A stretch of DNA of 64,000 nt from Candidatus Omnitrophota bacterium (GCA_003140935.1 PLLJ01000011.1:2634-66633); one strand, 5' to 3'. Positions 48,787 to 62,283 are shown, counted from the first letter of the stretch. The notes: generated by a model not told the origin, from the letters alone. Numbers and translations: made by a program.

Positions 48787-49809
48787 TCACAAGGACCCGC
48801 TCGTCCGTTTCCGGACTGAACTGCCATTCACGGGGTGAACCGCCTTTTTGATCCGGTCGATCACCTCGACCGACATGGGATCGACCTTGTAGAGTTTTGC
48901 CAACTCGCAGCTCGTCCAGTCCCCCAGCATGATCATAGAAAAAATCCGGGCAAGGACCCCCTCGCCTCGGGCCTTAACCTCCACAACCCCGGCACCGTGT
49001 TCCCGGATCGCCTTCATCGCGACCTTCTTTTTCTTGAAAAGCCACTCCGGCTCGTTCCGATCCGTCAGAAAAATAGCTACTGAGCGCTTGATCTTGAACT
49101 TCGGAAAAATCCAACCTTCGACCTCGTGGTGGAACATCTCAGGCAGCGCTTCGCAAGAAGCAAGCATCTTTGCGTTCTCCGCAAACTGAGTGCGCCACCG
49201 AAGCGCCACGGACTGCATCAGTCCGCCGCCGTAGATCGCGACATTTTTATCAAAAAGCCGCTTCGCGAGTTTGCGGGCTTCTGCCTCTGGAAGATGACGG
49301 CTCCCACGAAGCACTTCCTTGATCTCTTTGTCAGAGACTGAGAACCACCGGCAACGCATAAAAAGGAACAGAAGCGAAAAAGTCGTGTATCCGATCGCAA
49401 AACGCGGCGGGTACCCCCGGGGCAAACGAAAAAACGGGATCTTTCTTTTAAGAGCCTCCTCCGCAAGCCGTCCCCCGGACGCTACGACAAGAAAATGCGC
49501 TTTGCGCGCGACCGCTTGCTCAAAGATCGATTCGACTTCATCCGTATTGCCGGAGTAGCTCGAAAGGATCACGACCGTTTTAGAATCGACCCACTCGGGA
49601 AGCCGCGAAGTCCGGTTCACCGTCCAATGGATGCGTGAACGACTCTGGGCAATAGTCCCAAGAATGTCTCCACTGATGGCAGAACCACCCATCCCGCAAT
49701 AAAGGACTTTCTCCGGCCTTCTGATGAACGAAGACGGAAGGCTGATACCTCCGGCGATCGCACGGGCCTTCACAACCTGATTGGCCAAATCCTTCAGATA
49801 AACTTCCAT
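48787..49809 (-). CDS. Bifunctional phosphoglucose/phosphomannose isomerase (SIS fold)
   Basis: Motifs GMGGSAISGD, SSYSGNT.E, SGG.L, QFAENAK and PEMFHHEVEG; TAATG overlap with ptsI. Confidence 0.88.
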   Translation of the reverse strand: MEVYLKDLANQVVKARAIAGGISLPSSFIRRPEKVLYCGMGGSAISGDILGTIAQSRSRIHWTVNRTSRLPEWVDSKTVVILSSYSGNTDEVESIFEQAVARKAHFLVVASGGRLAEEALKRKIPFFRLPRGYPPRFAIGYTTFSLLFLFMRCRWFSVSDKEIKEVLRGSRHLPEAEARKLAKRLFDKNVAIYGGGLMQSVALRWRTQFAENAKMLASCEALPEMFHHEVEGWIFPKFKIKRSVAIFLTDRNEPEWLFKKKKVAMKAIREHGAGVVEVKARGEGVLARIFSMIMLGDWTSCELAKLYKVDPMSVEVIDRIKKAVHPVNGSSVRKRTSGSL

Positions 49810-51557
49810 TATTCGTCGGCAAGCTCCGCGCAAACGTCTTTGAGCTTCTCCTTCAGAAAAGCATAGGACTCTTTACCGGTGTGGAACGCGAGGGCTTTTT
49901 GGGCGATCTCCTTGGCGTCGGAATAGCGGATCGAACGGATCGCTTTCTTGATCTTGGGCAGCATGACAGGACTGGCGCTGATCTCGTCGATCCCAAGCCC
50001 CACCAAGAGGATGGCGATCGCCGGATCCGAGGACATTTCTCCGCAGCTTCCCACCCAAATATTGTGGCCGTGACCGTTCCGGATCGTCAGATCGATCAGA
50101 CGAATGATCGCCGGATGGGTCGGCTCATAAAGATACGCGATCTTTTCGTTCATGCGGTCGATCGCAAGCACATACTGGATCAGATCGTTCGTCCCGAGGG
50201 AAAAGAAATCCACTTCCTTGGCTAATACGTCACTGGCCAATGCCGCCGAAGGGATCTCGATCATGGCTCCGATAGGAATGTTCTTATTGAAAGGAATGCC
50301 TTCGTTTTCCAGTTCAGACTTAGCCTCATTCAATATTTCGCGTGCAGCACGAATTTCGTAAACGCCCGTGACCATCGGATACATGATCTTCAAATTTCCT
50401 GGGGCACTCGCCCGGAGGATTGCCCGAAGCTGGGTCTTAAAGATATCCGTGCGCGTTAAACAAAACCGGATAGCGCGCCAACCCAGATAGGGATTCATCT
50501 CGTGAGGGATCTCGAGCGTGGAAGCGAATTTATCGCCTCCAAGATCGAGGGTACGAATGACCACCGAATGCGGATGCACCGCTTGCGCGATATTACGATA
50601 GGACTCGTATTGTTCCTGCTCGGTCGGAAGCGTCGCCCGGTTCATGTAAAAATATTCCGTGCGGAAAAGCCCGACCCCTTCGCCGCCGTGAGAAATGACG
50701 GACGACGCCTCGTGATGAAATTCGATGTTGGCGGCCAGGATGATGTGTTTTCCGTCCAGCGTTTCGGCCGGAAGATCGCGCAACTTATCCAGCTCCCCGG
50801 TGAGCTGGATAAAACGGTTTCCCTGGGAGTTAAATTTATCGATGGTCGCTGAGTCTGGATTGATGATCACGACCCCATGCGTTCCATCCACGATGATCGT
50901 ATCCTCGTCCTGAAGTTCATTGACGATCTCTTCAAGCCCCACGACGGCCGGGATCTCAAGCGAACGACCGAGGATCGCCGTATGCGATGTTGCCCCGCCG
51001 ATCTCGGTCATGAACGCCATGACTTTGTTCCGGTCCAGGGAGGCCGTATCCGACGGTGAAAGATCGTGGGAGGCAATGATCACTTTCCCTTGGAATTCTT
51101 CCAGGCGTTTTTTTTCTTCGCCGCAAAGATTCGAGAGAAGGCGCTTGCCCACATCGCGGATATCGGAGATGCGTTCTTTGAGGTATTCGTCATTGATCTG
51201 GGAAAAGGCCTGAAAGTAGCGCTGGATCACAGCTGCGAAGGCGTATTCTGCCCCGACCTTCTCACCCTTGATGACTTCGATCACATCTTCGATCAGGGTC
51301 CGATCTTCGAGGATGAGAAGATGCGCCGTAAAGATATCCGAACTCTCCCGGCCAATCTGGCCCGAAAGTTTCCGGCGGATACCGAGAATTTCGGTACGGG
51401 TGCGTGTAAGGGCTTCTTCGAACCGGGCGATCTCGTTGGAGATCTGCTCGAGGCTCACGGAACGTTTGGGAAGATTGAAAGAGCCTCCGCTATGCAGGAT
51501 AAACACCTTCCCGATCGCGATGCCGGGCGATACCCCGATCCCTTTGTACTCTTTCAT
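49809..51557 (-). CDS. ptsI: PTS enzyme I (PEP-protein phosphotransferase)
   Basis: Motifs GIGVSPGIAIG, TSHTAI, GVGLFRTE, RTLDLGGDK and SLGTNDLIQY. Confidence 0.95.
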   Translation of the reverse strand: MKEYKGIGVSPGIAIGKVFILHSGGSFNLPKRSVSLEQISNEIARFEEALTRTRTEILGIRRKLSGQIGRESSDIFTAHLLILEDRTLIEDVIEVIKGEKVGAEYAFAAVIQRYFQAFSQINDEYLKERISDIRDVGKRLLSNLCGEEKKRLEEFQGKVIIASHDLSPSDTASLDRNKVMAFMTEIGGATSHTAILGRSLEIPAVVGLEEIVNELQDEDTIIVDGTHGVVIINPDSATIDKFNSQGNRFIQLTGELDKLRDLPAETLDGKHIILAANIEFHHEASSVISHGGEGVGLFRTEYFYMNRATLPTEQEQYESYRNIAQAVHPHSVVIRTLDLGGDKFASTLEIPHEMNPYLGWRAIRFCLTRTDIFKTQLRAILRASAPGNLKIMYPMVTGVYEIRAAREILNEAKSELENEGIPFNKNIPIGAMIEIPSAALASDVLAKEVDFFSLGTNDLIQYVLAIDRMNEKIAYLYEPTHPAIIRLIDLTIRNGHGHNIWVGSCGEMSSDPAIAILLVGLGIDEISASPVMLPKIKKAIRSIRYSDAKEIAQKALAFHTGKESYAFLKEKLKDVCAELADE

Positions 51558-51561
51558 GGGC

Positions 51562-51858
51562 TTATTCTCCAAAATTAGATCCTATCAGTTTGGCCAACGC
51601 TTCCATGGCTTCCGCGGCATCCTTGCCGGTCACGCGCACCGTAATCGACGCTCCCATTTCGGCCGCAAGGGTCATAATGCCCATGATCGATTTGCCGTCG
51701 GTCTGGATATCTTCCTTTTGAACCTCGACCGACGCTTCAAACCGGTTGGCCGTTTGGACAAAAACGGCAGCAGGCCGGGCATGAAGACCCAGTTTGTTGC
51801 CGATAATAAAAATTCGTTCGATCGACTGTTGCTTGTTTTTTTTGGGTCGTTTCGTCAT
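51562..51858 (-). CDS. ptsH: HPr phosphocarrier
   Basis: GLHARPAA (His15 equivalent) and GKSIMG (Ser46 equivalent). Confidence 0.94.
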   Translation of the reverse strand: MTKRPKKNKQQSIERIFIIGNKLGLHARPAAVFVQTANRFEASVEVQKEDIQTDGKSIMGIMTLAAEMGASITVRVTGKDAAEAMEALAKLIGSNFGE

Positions 51859-51951
51859 GATCTTCCTTAATTAAAAAAAATGAATCAGAAATTATGACAG
51901 TCCAAGTCGCCCTTACTAAAAAGAAACAAAGACTTGGGCATCACGGCCTCA

Positions 51952-53211
51952 TCATTTTTCCGTTTGCTCGGTATACTCCCTGTAATGCTCTAAAATAAGC
52001 TTCATTAAAAGCTCGGCATCATGGCGAACCTGCTCGCCCGCCTGAAGCACATCCCCTTGGATGATCTGGTAACCTTTTTCCCGGATCTTCTCGACGTCCA
52101 GTTTCACCGGTACCGCGCCCTGTTGGGCATAACGTCGGAGCATCGCCTCCGGAATGGTCGCCGTGTTCACAAAACAAGCATCGATGATCCTCGGATCTGT
52201 ATGGTCCAGGATCACGTTCAAATGATCCCACGCGCTCATCCCTGTCGTCTCGCCGGGTTGCGTCATCGCGTTCATGATATAGACTTTGTACGCATCGGAC
52301 CGAAGCACCGCATCACGAATATCCTCGATCAAAAGATTCGGCAAAATACTGGTATAAAGACTTCCCGGACCCATAAGAATGAGGTCAGCAATCTCGATCG
52401 CGTCCAGGGCTTCCTGACACGCTTTGCAATCATCCGGCAGGAGACGGATGCTACGAAGGGGTCTTTTCAGATCTGTGATATTCGTCTCGCCTTCGACCGA
52501 CGTCCCGTCCATGAATTCGCCCACAAGCGTCACTTTTTCAAGCGTCGACGGAAGCACCCGTCCTCGGATGGCCAAAACCTTGCTGGACTCCGCGATCGCT
52601 TTTTCGAAATCGCCCGTCACTTTCGAGAGCGCGGTGATAAAAAGATTCCCGAAGCTGTGTCCCTTCAGTCCTTCCCCGAGATCGAAACGATACTGAAACA
52701 GATCGCGGATGAGCGGCCCGGCATCGGCAAGCGCCACGAGACAGTTACGGATATCACCCGGTGGCAGCATGTCCATTTCATCGCGCAAACGGCCGGAGCT
52801 TCCGCCCGTATCTGTTACCGTCACAATCGCGGTAATGTTGCTTGTAAATGTTTTGACGCCTGAAAGCATGGTGCTGAGGCCCGTCCCTCCACCAATCGCC
52901 ACAACACGCGGTCCATGCAACAGGGACTCCACCCGGCGTTTCTGGTAAACAATATCCACAAGCGAATCGTGACCGTTCAAAGGCATGAGCGCATGCACGA
53001 AGATGCGGACCATGTTTTTGATCGAGGTATAGATAAGAAAAATCCCGAGGATCAAAAGCGCCGTTGCGAATGAGGCCAGCAATACGCTCGTTTTGGCCAT
53101 GGTCTGCACGGTCAAGAGAGCCACCAACACGATAAATCCAAGCCCCAACGCGCAAAGAATGATCCATCGTTTGATTCCGATACCAGGATAAAACCACTTA
53201 AAGAATTTCAT
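51952..53211 (-). CDS. yvcK: YvcK/GlmR family UDP-GlcNAc-binding protein with N-terminal TMs
   Basis: Motifs IGGGTGLS, TDTGGSSGRLR, PPGDIRNCL, GHSFGNL and GPGSLYTS. Confidence 0.92.
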   Translation of the reverse strand: MKFFKWFYPGIGIKRWIILCALGLGFIVLVALLTVQTMAKTSVLLASFATALLILGIFLIYTSIKNMVRIFVHALMPLNGHDSLVDIVYQKRRVESLLHGPRVVAIGGGTGLSTMLSGVKTFTSNITAIVTVTDTGGSSGRLRDEMDMLPPGDIRNCLVALADAGPLIRDLFQYRFDLGEGLKGHSFGNLFITALSKVTGDFEKAIAESSKVLAIRGRVLPSTLEKVTLVGEFMDGTSVEGETNITDLKRPLRSIRLLPDDCKACQEALDAIEIADLILMGPGSLYTSILPNLLIEDIRDAVLRSDAYKVYIMNAMTQPGETTGMSAWDHLNVILDHTDPRIIDACFVNTATIPEAMLRRYAQQGAVPVKLDVEKIREKGYQIIQGDVLQAGEQVRHDAELLMKLILEHYREYTEQTEK

Positions 53212-53238
53212 AAAAGGCGGTTGCGAAGACGGTCCGGA

Positions 53239-53703
53239 TCAAACCTTGCGGTTTTCTTCTCTTGCGATCAGGTCGAAAATATCCTTCGAGGTTTTGCACT
53301 TTCTGATAAGTTCGCAAAAGTAAGTGTCCCGGAGAAGTCTTGAGATCTGCGCCAATGCTTTAAGATGCGGCCCGGCGGTGTCCTTGGGTGCGACAAGCAG
53401 GAACAGGATATAGACCGGTTCGCCGTCCAAGGCTTCGAAGTTCACGCCTTTGCGGCTTACGCCGAGTACGGCTACGAGTCCGTCCACTTTATCGGTCTTC
53501 CCGTGCGGGATCGCGATCCCCTGCCCGATACCCGTAGAACCCAGGTTCTCGCGCTCGATCAGAGCGCGAAGAATATTTTTTTTATCCCCCACGTCCTTGA
53601 CCTCGGCCAGAAGGTCGACCATTTCTTTGAGAATACCTTCTTTGTCGGTCGCTTCCAGATCGACCTTGATGCCTTTGACGTTGAGAAAATCGGTGATCTT
53701 CAT
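53239..53703 (-). CDS. ptsN: PTS IIA (Ntr/fructose-type)
   Basis: Motifs RENLGSTGIGQGIAIPHG and HLKALAQISR. Confidence 0.88.
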   Translation of the reverse strand: MKITDFLNVKGIKVDLEATDKEGILKEMVDLLAEVKDVGDKKNILRALIERENLGSTGIGQGIAIPHGKTDKVDGLVAVLGVSRKGVNFEALDGEPVYILFLLVAPKDTAGPHLKALAQISRLLRDTYFCELIRKCKTSKDIFDLIAREENRKV

Positions 53704-53738
53704 GGATCTATTCCTCCTGATTGAAAAAGGTTGTAGAA

Positions 53739-54296
53739 CTAGAATCCCGGCTCGATCAGCCCGTGATTCCCGTCCTTGCGCTTATGGATCACATTCACAC
53801 TGTTGGTATTTTGGTTTAAAAAAACAAGAAAGGTCTCGGGAGAGATCTCGAGTTGAAGACTGGCTTCTTCGGCAGACATCGGTTTGAGCGCAAACGCCGA
53901 GGAGCGAACGATCTTCGGATGATCTTCGGGCAAAATGCTTTCCGTTTCGACCATTCCGAGCGCCCGGGCGATCTTTGCCGAGGCCTTGGCGTTTTCTTTG
54001 TGATGCCCTTTGGATTTCGAGCGGAATTTTTTCAACTGCTTCTCGACCCGCTCATAGGCGTCATCTATCGCCGCAAAGATATTATCTTTGGCCTCGCCCA
54101 TCCCGAAAGCATGGAAATCCTTGGCCGCAAGCGTGATCTCCGCCTTAAAGATGTATTTTTCTTTTTTGAGGAATACATGCGCCTCTACGATCCGCGGAGC
54201 GTACTTTTCGAATTTGGGAAGTCTTTCCTCCAAATGCTCCTTCATCCCCGCGGTGATCTTAAGGTTCTGTCCCGAAAAACGAATATCCACTGTCAT
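53739..54296 (-). CDS. hpf: Ribosome hibernation promoting factor (long HPF / RaiA)
   Basis: Motifs AAIDDAYERVEKQLKK, KPMSAEEA.LQL and KRKDGNHGLIEP. Confidence 0.92.
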   Translation of the reverse strand: MTVDIRFSGQNLKITAGMKEHLEERLPKFEKYAPRIVEAHVFLKKEKYIFKAEITLAAKDFHAFGMGEAKDNIFAAIDDAYERVEKQLKKFRSKSKGHHKENAKASAKIARALGMVETESILPEDHPKIVRSSAFALKPMSAEEASLQLEISPETFLVFLNQNTNSVNVIHKRKDGNHGLIEPGF

Positions 54297-54345
54297 TTCC
54301 TCCTTGAGGGTCTTTAATGAATTGATGCAAAACGCGGATGTCGGA

Positions 54346-55071
54346 TCAAGCTAAGGTGAACCTCTCCCCAAGATAGATCTCTCTAGCTTTGGAATCGGAG
54401 GCAAGAAACTCCGAGGTCCCGGAGACTTCGACCTTGCCTTCGAAAAGAAGATAAGAACGATCCGTGATGGAAAGCGTTTCGCGAACGCTATGATCCGTCA
54501 ACAAAATGCTAAGGCCTTGGGCCTTGAGCCGCTGAAGGATTTTTTGCACCTCAAAGACCGCGATGGGATCCACGCCGCTAAAAGGCTCGTCCAAAAGAAT
54601 CAGAGAAGGATTGGTCACGAGCGCGCGCGTGATCTCAAGCCGCCGCCGTTCGCCTCCGGAAAGCGTGTACGCCTTGTTCTTCGCAAGATAGGCGATATCG
54701 AGATCGTTCAAGAGCCGTTTGAGGCGACGGTCGCGCTCTTCCTGAGAGATCTCCAAAGTTTCCAGGATGGCCATAATATTTTCTTCCACGGTCAATTTGC
54801 GAAAAATGGAGGGCTCCTGGGAAAGATAACCGATCCCAAGTCTCGCTCTCTCAAACATCGGAAGATTCGTGATCTCTTCGCCCCGGAAAAAGATCTGTCC
54901 AGATTCCGGACGAATGACCCCAACCACCATATAAAATGATGTGGTCTTCCCGGCACCGTTGGGGCCCAGAAGTCCCACGATCTCGCCGCGCGAGATCTGG
55001 ATATTCACACCGTTCACGACCGTGCGACCCTTGTAACTTTTCGTCAGCCGTTTCGTCTCAAGCAAATTCAT
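54346..55071 (-). CDS. lptB: LPS export ABC ATPase
   Basis: Motifs GLLGPNGAGKTT, YLSQEPSIFR, LSGGERRRLEI, DEPFSGVDP and YLGERF. Confidence 0.96.
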   Translation of the reverse strand: MNLLETKRLTKSYKGRTVVNGVNIQISRGEIVGLLGPNGAGKTTSFYMVVGVIRPESGQIFFRGEEITNLPMFERARLGIGYLSQEPSIFRKLTVEENIMAILETLEISQEERDRRLKRLLNDLDIAYLAKNKAYTLSGGERRRLEITRALVTNPSLILLDEPFSGVDPIAVFEVQKILQRLKAQGLSILLTDHSVRETLSITDRSYLLFEGKVEVSGTSEFLASDSKAREIYLGERFTLA

Positions 55072-55073
55072 GA

Positions 55074-55958
55074 TCAGGCAACTCCCTTCCCGAGGTCTTT
55101 GGAAGCATCCCCGCCAAAATAAAGAGCTTCCGTATCCCCTCCCAAAATGATCCGTCCTTCGTCCGCCAGATAGATCACGCTATCCGAGTAGGTCTTGTTC
55201 CCGTCGGGGTTCTCGATCACCACGTCACCTGCGGATACGATCTTAGAAACGCGACGGCTTACGCGGTTGTAATAAACGTCCATCGTATCGGCCGTTAGCT
55301 TCCCGCGGGAATCCTGCGCCACGACGTTGTCCTTGAAATGCGCAATATTTTTTTCGTAGTCGACCACGAGAGGCCCGTCGCAAGTAATGGTCGTCGGCCC
55401 GGTTTCTTTATCCTCGGTGTTCTGCACGACCACCGTCACATTTTTTTTGAATTTCACTTTTTTCAGGTTCGTCTCTGCCCGGGCACCGGTACCTTCCACA
55501 TTGATATTGTCTTTCTTGACTTGCGTCGGAAGATCGGTCTCCACAACGTGTTCCGAGGGGCTCATGTCCAGGGCCTCGGTCACGAGGCGCGTTCCATCGT
55601 CGGTCGTGGCCACAACATTTTTTTCGAGATGGATCTTGTTCTTTTTCTTGTCGTACTTGCCGCGATCCGCCGTAACGGTCACGGGAACTTCTTCGGCATA
55701 CGCCTTGGCCATCACATTCATCAGCTGTACCGTGTTAGAAAGGATATCCGCGGAATCACCTTCGATCTCGATCTCACGCTGCCCTTCGGGCGTATACTTG
55801 GTGAATGAAAAAGAGAGGATTTTCTGCGGTTTCTGCTCGGAGGGTTGCACGATTCCTTGTTCGGCCTTTTGCTTGCGGGTGATCACCACCTGCATCTGCA
55901 CGAAAAATACATAGAACACCACAAGCACGACAAAGATAAAAATAAGACGCTTGATCAT
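55074..55958 (-). CDS. lptC: LptC-LptA-like fused LPS export periplasmic protein
   Basis: N-terminal TM, an LptC-like jellyroll, then an OstA/LptA-like segment (TITCDG.L.VD...AHFKDNVV); directly upstream of lptB. Confidence 0.75.
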   Translation of the reverse strand: MIKRLIFIFVVLVVFYVFFVQMQVVITRKQKAEQGIVQPSEQKPQKILSFSFTKYTPEGQREIEIEGDSADILSNTVQLMNVMAKAYAEEVPVTVTADRGKYDKKKNKIHLEKNVVATTDDGTRLVTEALDMSPSEHVVETDLPTQVKKDNINVEGTGARAETNLKKVKFKKNVTVVVQNTEDKETGPTTITCDGPLVVDYEKNIAHFKDNVVAQDSRGKLTADTMDVYYNRVSRRVSKIVSAGDVVIENPDGNKTYSDSVIYLADEGRIILGGDTEALYFGGDASKDLGKGVA

Positions 55959-56899
55959 GAGTGTTTCACTGTCTCCTTAAGTTCCGCCGCGACTACCTCG
56001 TCGGGCTTCGTTTTCCAGCGATCATGCATCCACCCCCATTGCTCCGGGTAACGGCGGATCACTTCTTCAAAATCTTTCATCCAGGCTTCTGTGTATTTCC
56101 GGATCGAAGCCGTCCGGTCATTATCTTCGATCTTCGGCCGTATCAAGTTACCCAGAAAGAGCTTGTAACGATTTCCAGGCATCCGGATCATACAGGCTGG
56201 CAGGATCGGCGCTCCCAAGGCCATGGCGAACTTTACCGGCGCCACGGACGTATAAGCCGGCCTTCTAAAAAAATCCACAAAAACACCACGCACCCGGTCC
56301 ATATCCTGATCGGGTAAAAGGCCGACGATCTCACCAGCCTTTAAATGCTTATGGATCTGCCGGGCAGCTTCATCCTGATAAATCGTCTGGACCCCCACAG
56401 AATTCCGCAGGCCCACGATCCACCGGTTGTACGGCTCATAATAGATCCGTCGACCGACCACGGCACCCTGGAAACCTTGCAAGCCAAAAATCCCGGCTAA
56501 AAGTTCCCAGTTGCCCATGTGTGGCGTCATTATAATGAGCCCTTTCCCTTCTTGCAAAATATCTTTGCAGAAAGAATAGGCTTCACCGGTCTCGATAAAA
56601 GAGTCCGCTTGATCACGTGAGAGTGTAGCAAAACGCAAAAAATCCACGGCCGTCTGGAGCATATGCCCCATCACCCGGCGGCCAATCGTTTTCAACTCCT
56701 CGGGACTTTTTGTGCTGCCGTACGCAAACTTCAGATTTTCAAGGATCTTTGTCCTTTGGCGCGAAACGACCCGGTATCCTAAATATCCGATCCCGTTCGC
56801 GAGCGCCAATGCCCAACTTCGTGGCAGAACCAGCAAAAGCCCCGCTCCAAGCCTTGCTAAAAGATAAAGCGGATAGCGATAAAATTTGCGCTTGGCCAT
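55955..56899 (-). CDS. Lipid A biosynthesis acyltransferase (LpxL/HtrB family)
   Basis: Motifs TPHMGNWE, LLPDQD, VDFF and PEQWGWMHDRWK. Confidence 0.92.
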   Translation of the reverse strand: MAKRKFYRYPLYLLARLGAGLLLVLPRSWALALANGIGYLGYRVVSRQRTKILENLKFAYGSTKSPEELKTIGRRVMGHMLQTAVDFLRFATLSRDQADSFIETGEAYSFCKDILQEGKGLIIMTPHMGNWELLAGIFGLQGFQGAVVGRRIYYEPYNRWIVGLRNSVGVQTIYQDEAARQIHKHLKAGEIVGLLPDQDMDRVRGVFVDFFRRPAYTSVAPVKFAMALGAPILPACMIRMPGNRYKLFLGNLIRPKIEDNDRTASIRKYTEAWMKDFEEVIRRYPEQWGWMHDRWKTKPDEVVAAELKETVKHS

Positions 56900-56906
56900 A
56901 GGCGGA

Positions 56907-57878
56907 TTAAACCCGTCCCGCCCTCATAAGGTCCTGAACGTCCAAGAGGCCTACGACGCGCCGGACTTTGTCCACTACCGGCAATTCATCGATGCGGAGG
57001 GTCTCCATGATATGGAACGCTTCTTCTGCAAGTCTTTCCTTCCGGATATAGCGAGGTTTGAGCGTGGCTAATTGGACCACGGGCCGGTTCAGGATCTTTT
57101 CGCCCCGGGATCTCAGGTGACGCCGGAGATCTCCGTCCGTAAAGACGCCCATCAATTTTCCATGCCCGTCGACGATCGTACAACTTCCAGCCCTTGAGGC
57201 CGTGATCTTAAGAAGCGCCTGACGCACTGTCGTCTTCGCCCCCACGAGCGGATTGGCCTTCCCTGTACGCATGATCTCCCCAACCTTCAGTAACCGTCTT
57301 CCGAGACTTCCCGCCGGATGCAACTCCGCGAAATCTTCGGAGCAAAAATCTTTTTTCTTAAGAAGTGAAAGCGCAAGCGCGTCCCCCATCGCAAGTGAAG
57401 CGGTCGTCGAAGCGGAAGGCGCCAAATTCAAAGGACAAGCTTCGCGCCGCACACCGAGATCAAGCACTATGTCCGCATTTTTCCCAAGAGTGGATCCCGG
57501 GACGCTTGTCAGCGCGACGATTTTCACGCCTTTTTTCTTTATCAGAGGGAGAAGTCTCACGATCTCTTCACTTTCTCCGCTTTGCGAGATCGCGATCACA
57601 AGGTCCTTGGAAGTCACCATCCCAAAATCACCGTGGACCGCCTCGGCGGGATGAAGGAAAAAAGCAGGGGTTCCCGTGGAGGCCATGGTCGCGGCGATCT
57701 TGCGGGCGATAAAACCTGGTTTTCCCATCCCGGTAAGTATCACGCGCCCTTTGCAATCCGCCATCCATTGAACTACCGTCTCAAAATTCTTGCCGATCTT
57801 GGGGCGAAGCCGCGAGATGGCACGAGCTTCGATCTTGAGAACCTCTTTGGCAAGTTGTATTACATTCGATGTTTTCAT
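56907..57878 (-). CDS. kdsD: Arabinose-5-phosphate isomerase (KpsF/GutQ)
   Basis: Motifs TGMGK.G, HPAEAVHGD, EACPLNLAP and HPAGSLG, plus two CBS domains. Confidence 0.94.
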   Translation of the reverse strand: MKTSNVIQLAKEVLKIEARAISRLRPKIGKNFETVVQWMADCKGRVILTGMGKPGFIARKIAATMASTGTPAFFLHPAEAVHGDFGMVTSKDLVIAISQSGESEEIVRLLPLIKKKGVKIVALTSVPGSTLGKNADIVLDLGVRREACPLNLAPSASTTASLAMGDALALSLLKKKDFCSEDFAELHPAGSLGRRLLKVGEIMRTGKANPLVGAKTTVRQALLKITASRAGSCTIVDGHGKLMGVFTDGDLRRHLRSRGEKILNRPVVQLATLKPRYIRKERLAEEAFHIMETLRIDELPVVDKVRRVVGLLDVQDLMRAGRV

Positions 57879-57882
57879 AGTT

Positions 57883-61148
<3,266 letters not shown>

Positions 61149-61152
<4 letters not shown>

Positions 61153-62168
61153 GCCTTCCGGATCGCTTCTTCAAGTTCTTCGGGGGCGACCGTCGCAGTG
61201 CCAAGTTTTCCGACCACAATACCGGCCGCAAGATTCGAAATCTTCGCTGCTTCTTGCATTTTCGCGCCCGCCGCCAAGGCAACCGCAAGGGTCGCGATCA
61301 CTGTATCCCCGGCGCCGGAAACATCGTAGACTTCGCGCGCAGCGGTCGGAACGCGGGTGAGCTTTTTATTTTTTTCAAAAAGCGCCATCCCATCTTCACC
61401 GAGCGTGATCAGTACGGAATCAAGCTTCAATTTTTTCATCAGCCCCCACCCCACTTCTTCGAGCTCCGGGGTTTTGTAACAAGAAACATGAGTGCGTTCA
61501 TAACCCATGTAGGCTTCGCTACGGTTCGGGGTGATGCAGGTCACCCCCCGGTAATAGAGAAAATGTTTTTCCTTGGGATCCACGAGCACGGGTTTTTTGA
61601 ATTTCCTGGCAAGGCGGACGATCTCTTTTAAAAGGAAGGGCTGCATCACGCCTTTTCCGTAATCCTCAAGGATCACGACATCCATTCGGTTGATATTCTC
61701 GCGGACAAATTTCAGGATCTTCAAAAGATGCGCCTTGGAGACATCGTCCGTCTTTTCACGGTCAAAGCGGACGACCTGCTGGGAGTGTGCGATCACGCGG
61801 GTTTTGAGGGACGTCGGACGTGCCGGGTCACAAACGATCCCGCCCGTCTCGATCCCCTGCTTACGCATCGCCTTAAGTAACATGCGCCCATAAAGATCGC
61901 GGCCCACCACTCCGCAAGGGCAAACCTGGCCTTGGAGAGAACGGATATTATTAGCCACATTAAGCGATCCCCCCAGCATAAAAGATTCCCTCTCAACCTT
62001 GACCACCGGAACCGGTGCCTCGGGGGAAATACGCTTCACGCTCCCCCAGACAAATTGATCCAGAATGAAATCCCCGATTACAAGGATACGGACCTCCTGG
62101 AACCTTTCAAGGATTTCGAGAAAGCGTCTTTTTTCCAAGCTGCTCAGCGGTAAGAATGCGGTCTTCAT
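61149..62168 (-). CDS. rfaE1: D-glycero-beta-D-manno-heptose-7-phosphate kinase (RfaE domain I)
   Basis: Motifs IGDFILD, RISPEAPVPV, DYGKG and VYDVSGAGDTV; start placed at ATG 62168. Confidence 0.93.
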
Positions 62169-62184
62169 GAGCCCCTTTCGCACT

Positions 62185-62228
62185 AAAAAAGAGGACAGGC
62201 TTGTCTCTCGCTGCAACTCGCCTGTCCT
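62185..62228 (-). terminator. Intrinsic terminator / attenuator hairpin in the rfaE1 leader
   Basis: Minus strand reads AGGACAGGC-19 nt-GCCTGTCCT followed by CTTTTTT. Confidence 0.7.
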
Positions 62229-62254
62229 TTAATAATTCGGAATTATAGAGTTGC

Positions 62255-62283
62255 ATTCTAACACCAGAGAGAAGCTATGTCAA
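62255..62283 (-). promoter_or_regulatory. Sigma70 promoter upstream of rfaE1
   Basis: TTGACA-17 bp-TAGAAT with an extended -10 TG. Confidence 0.75.
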
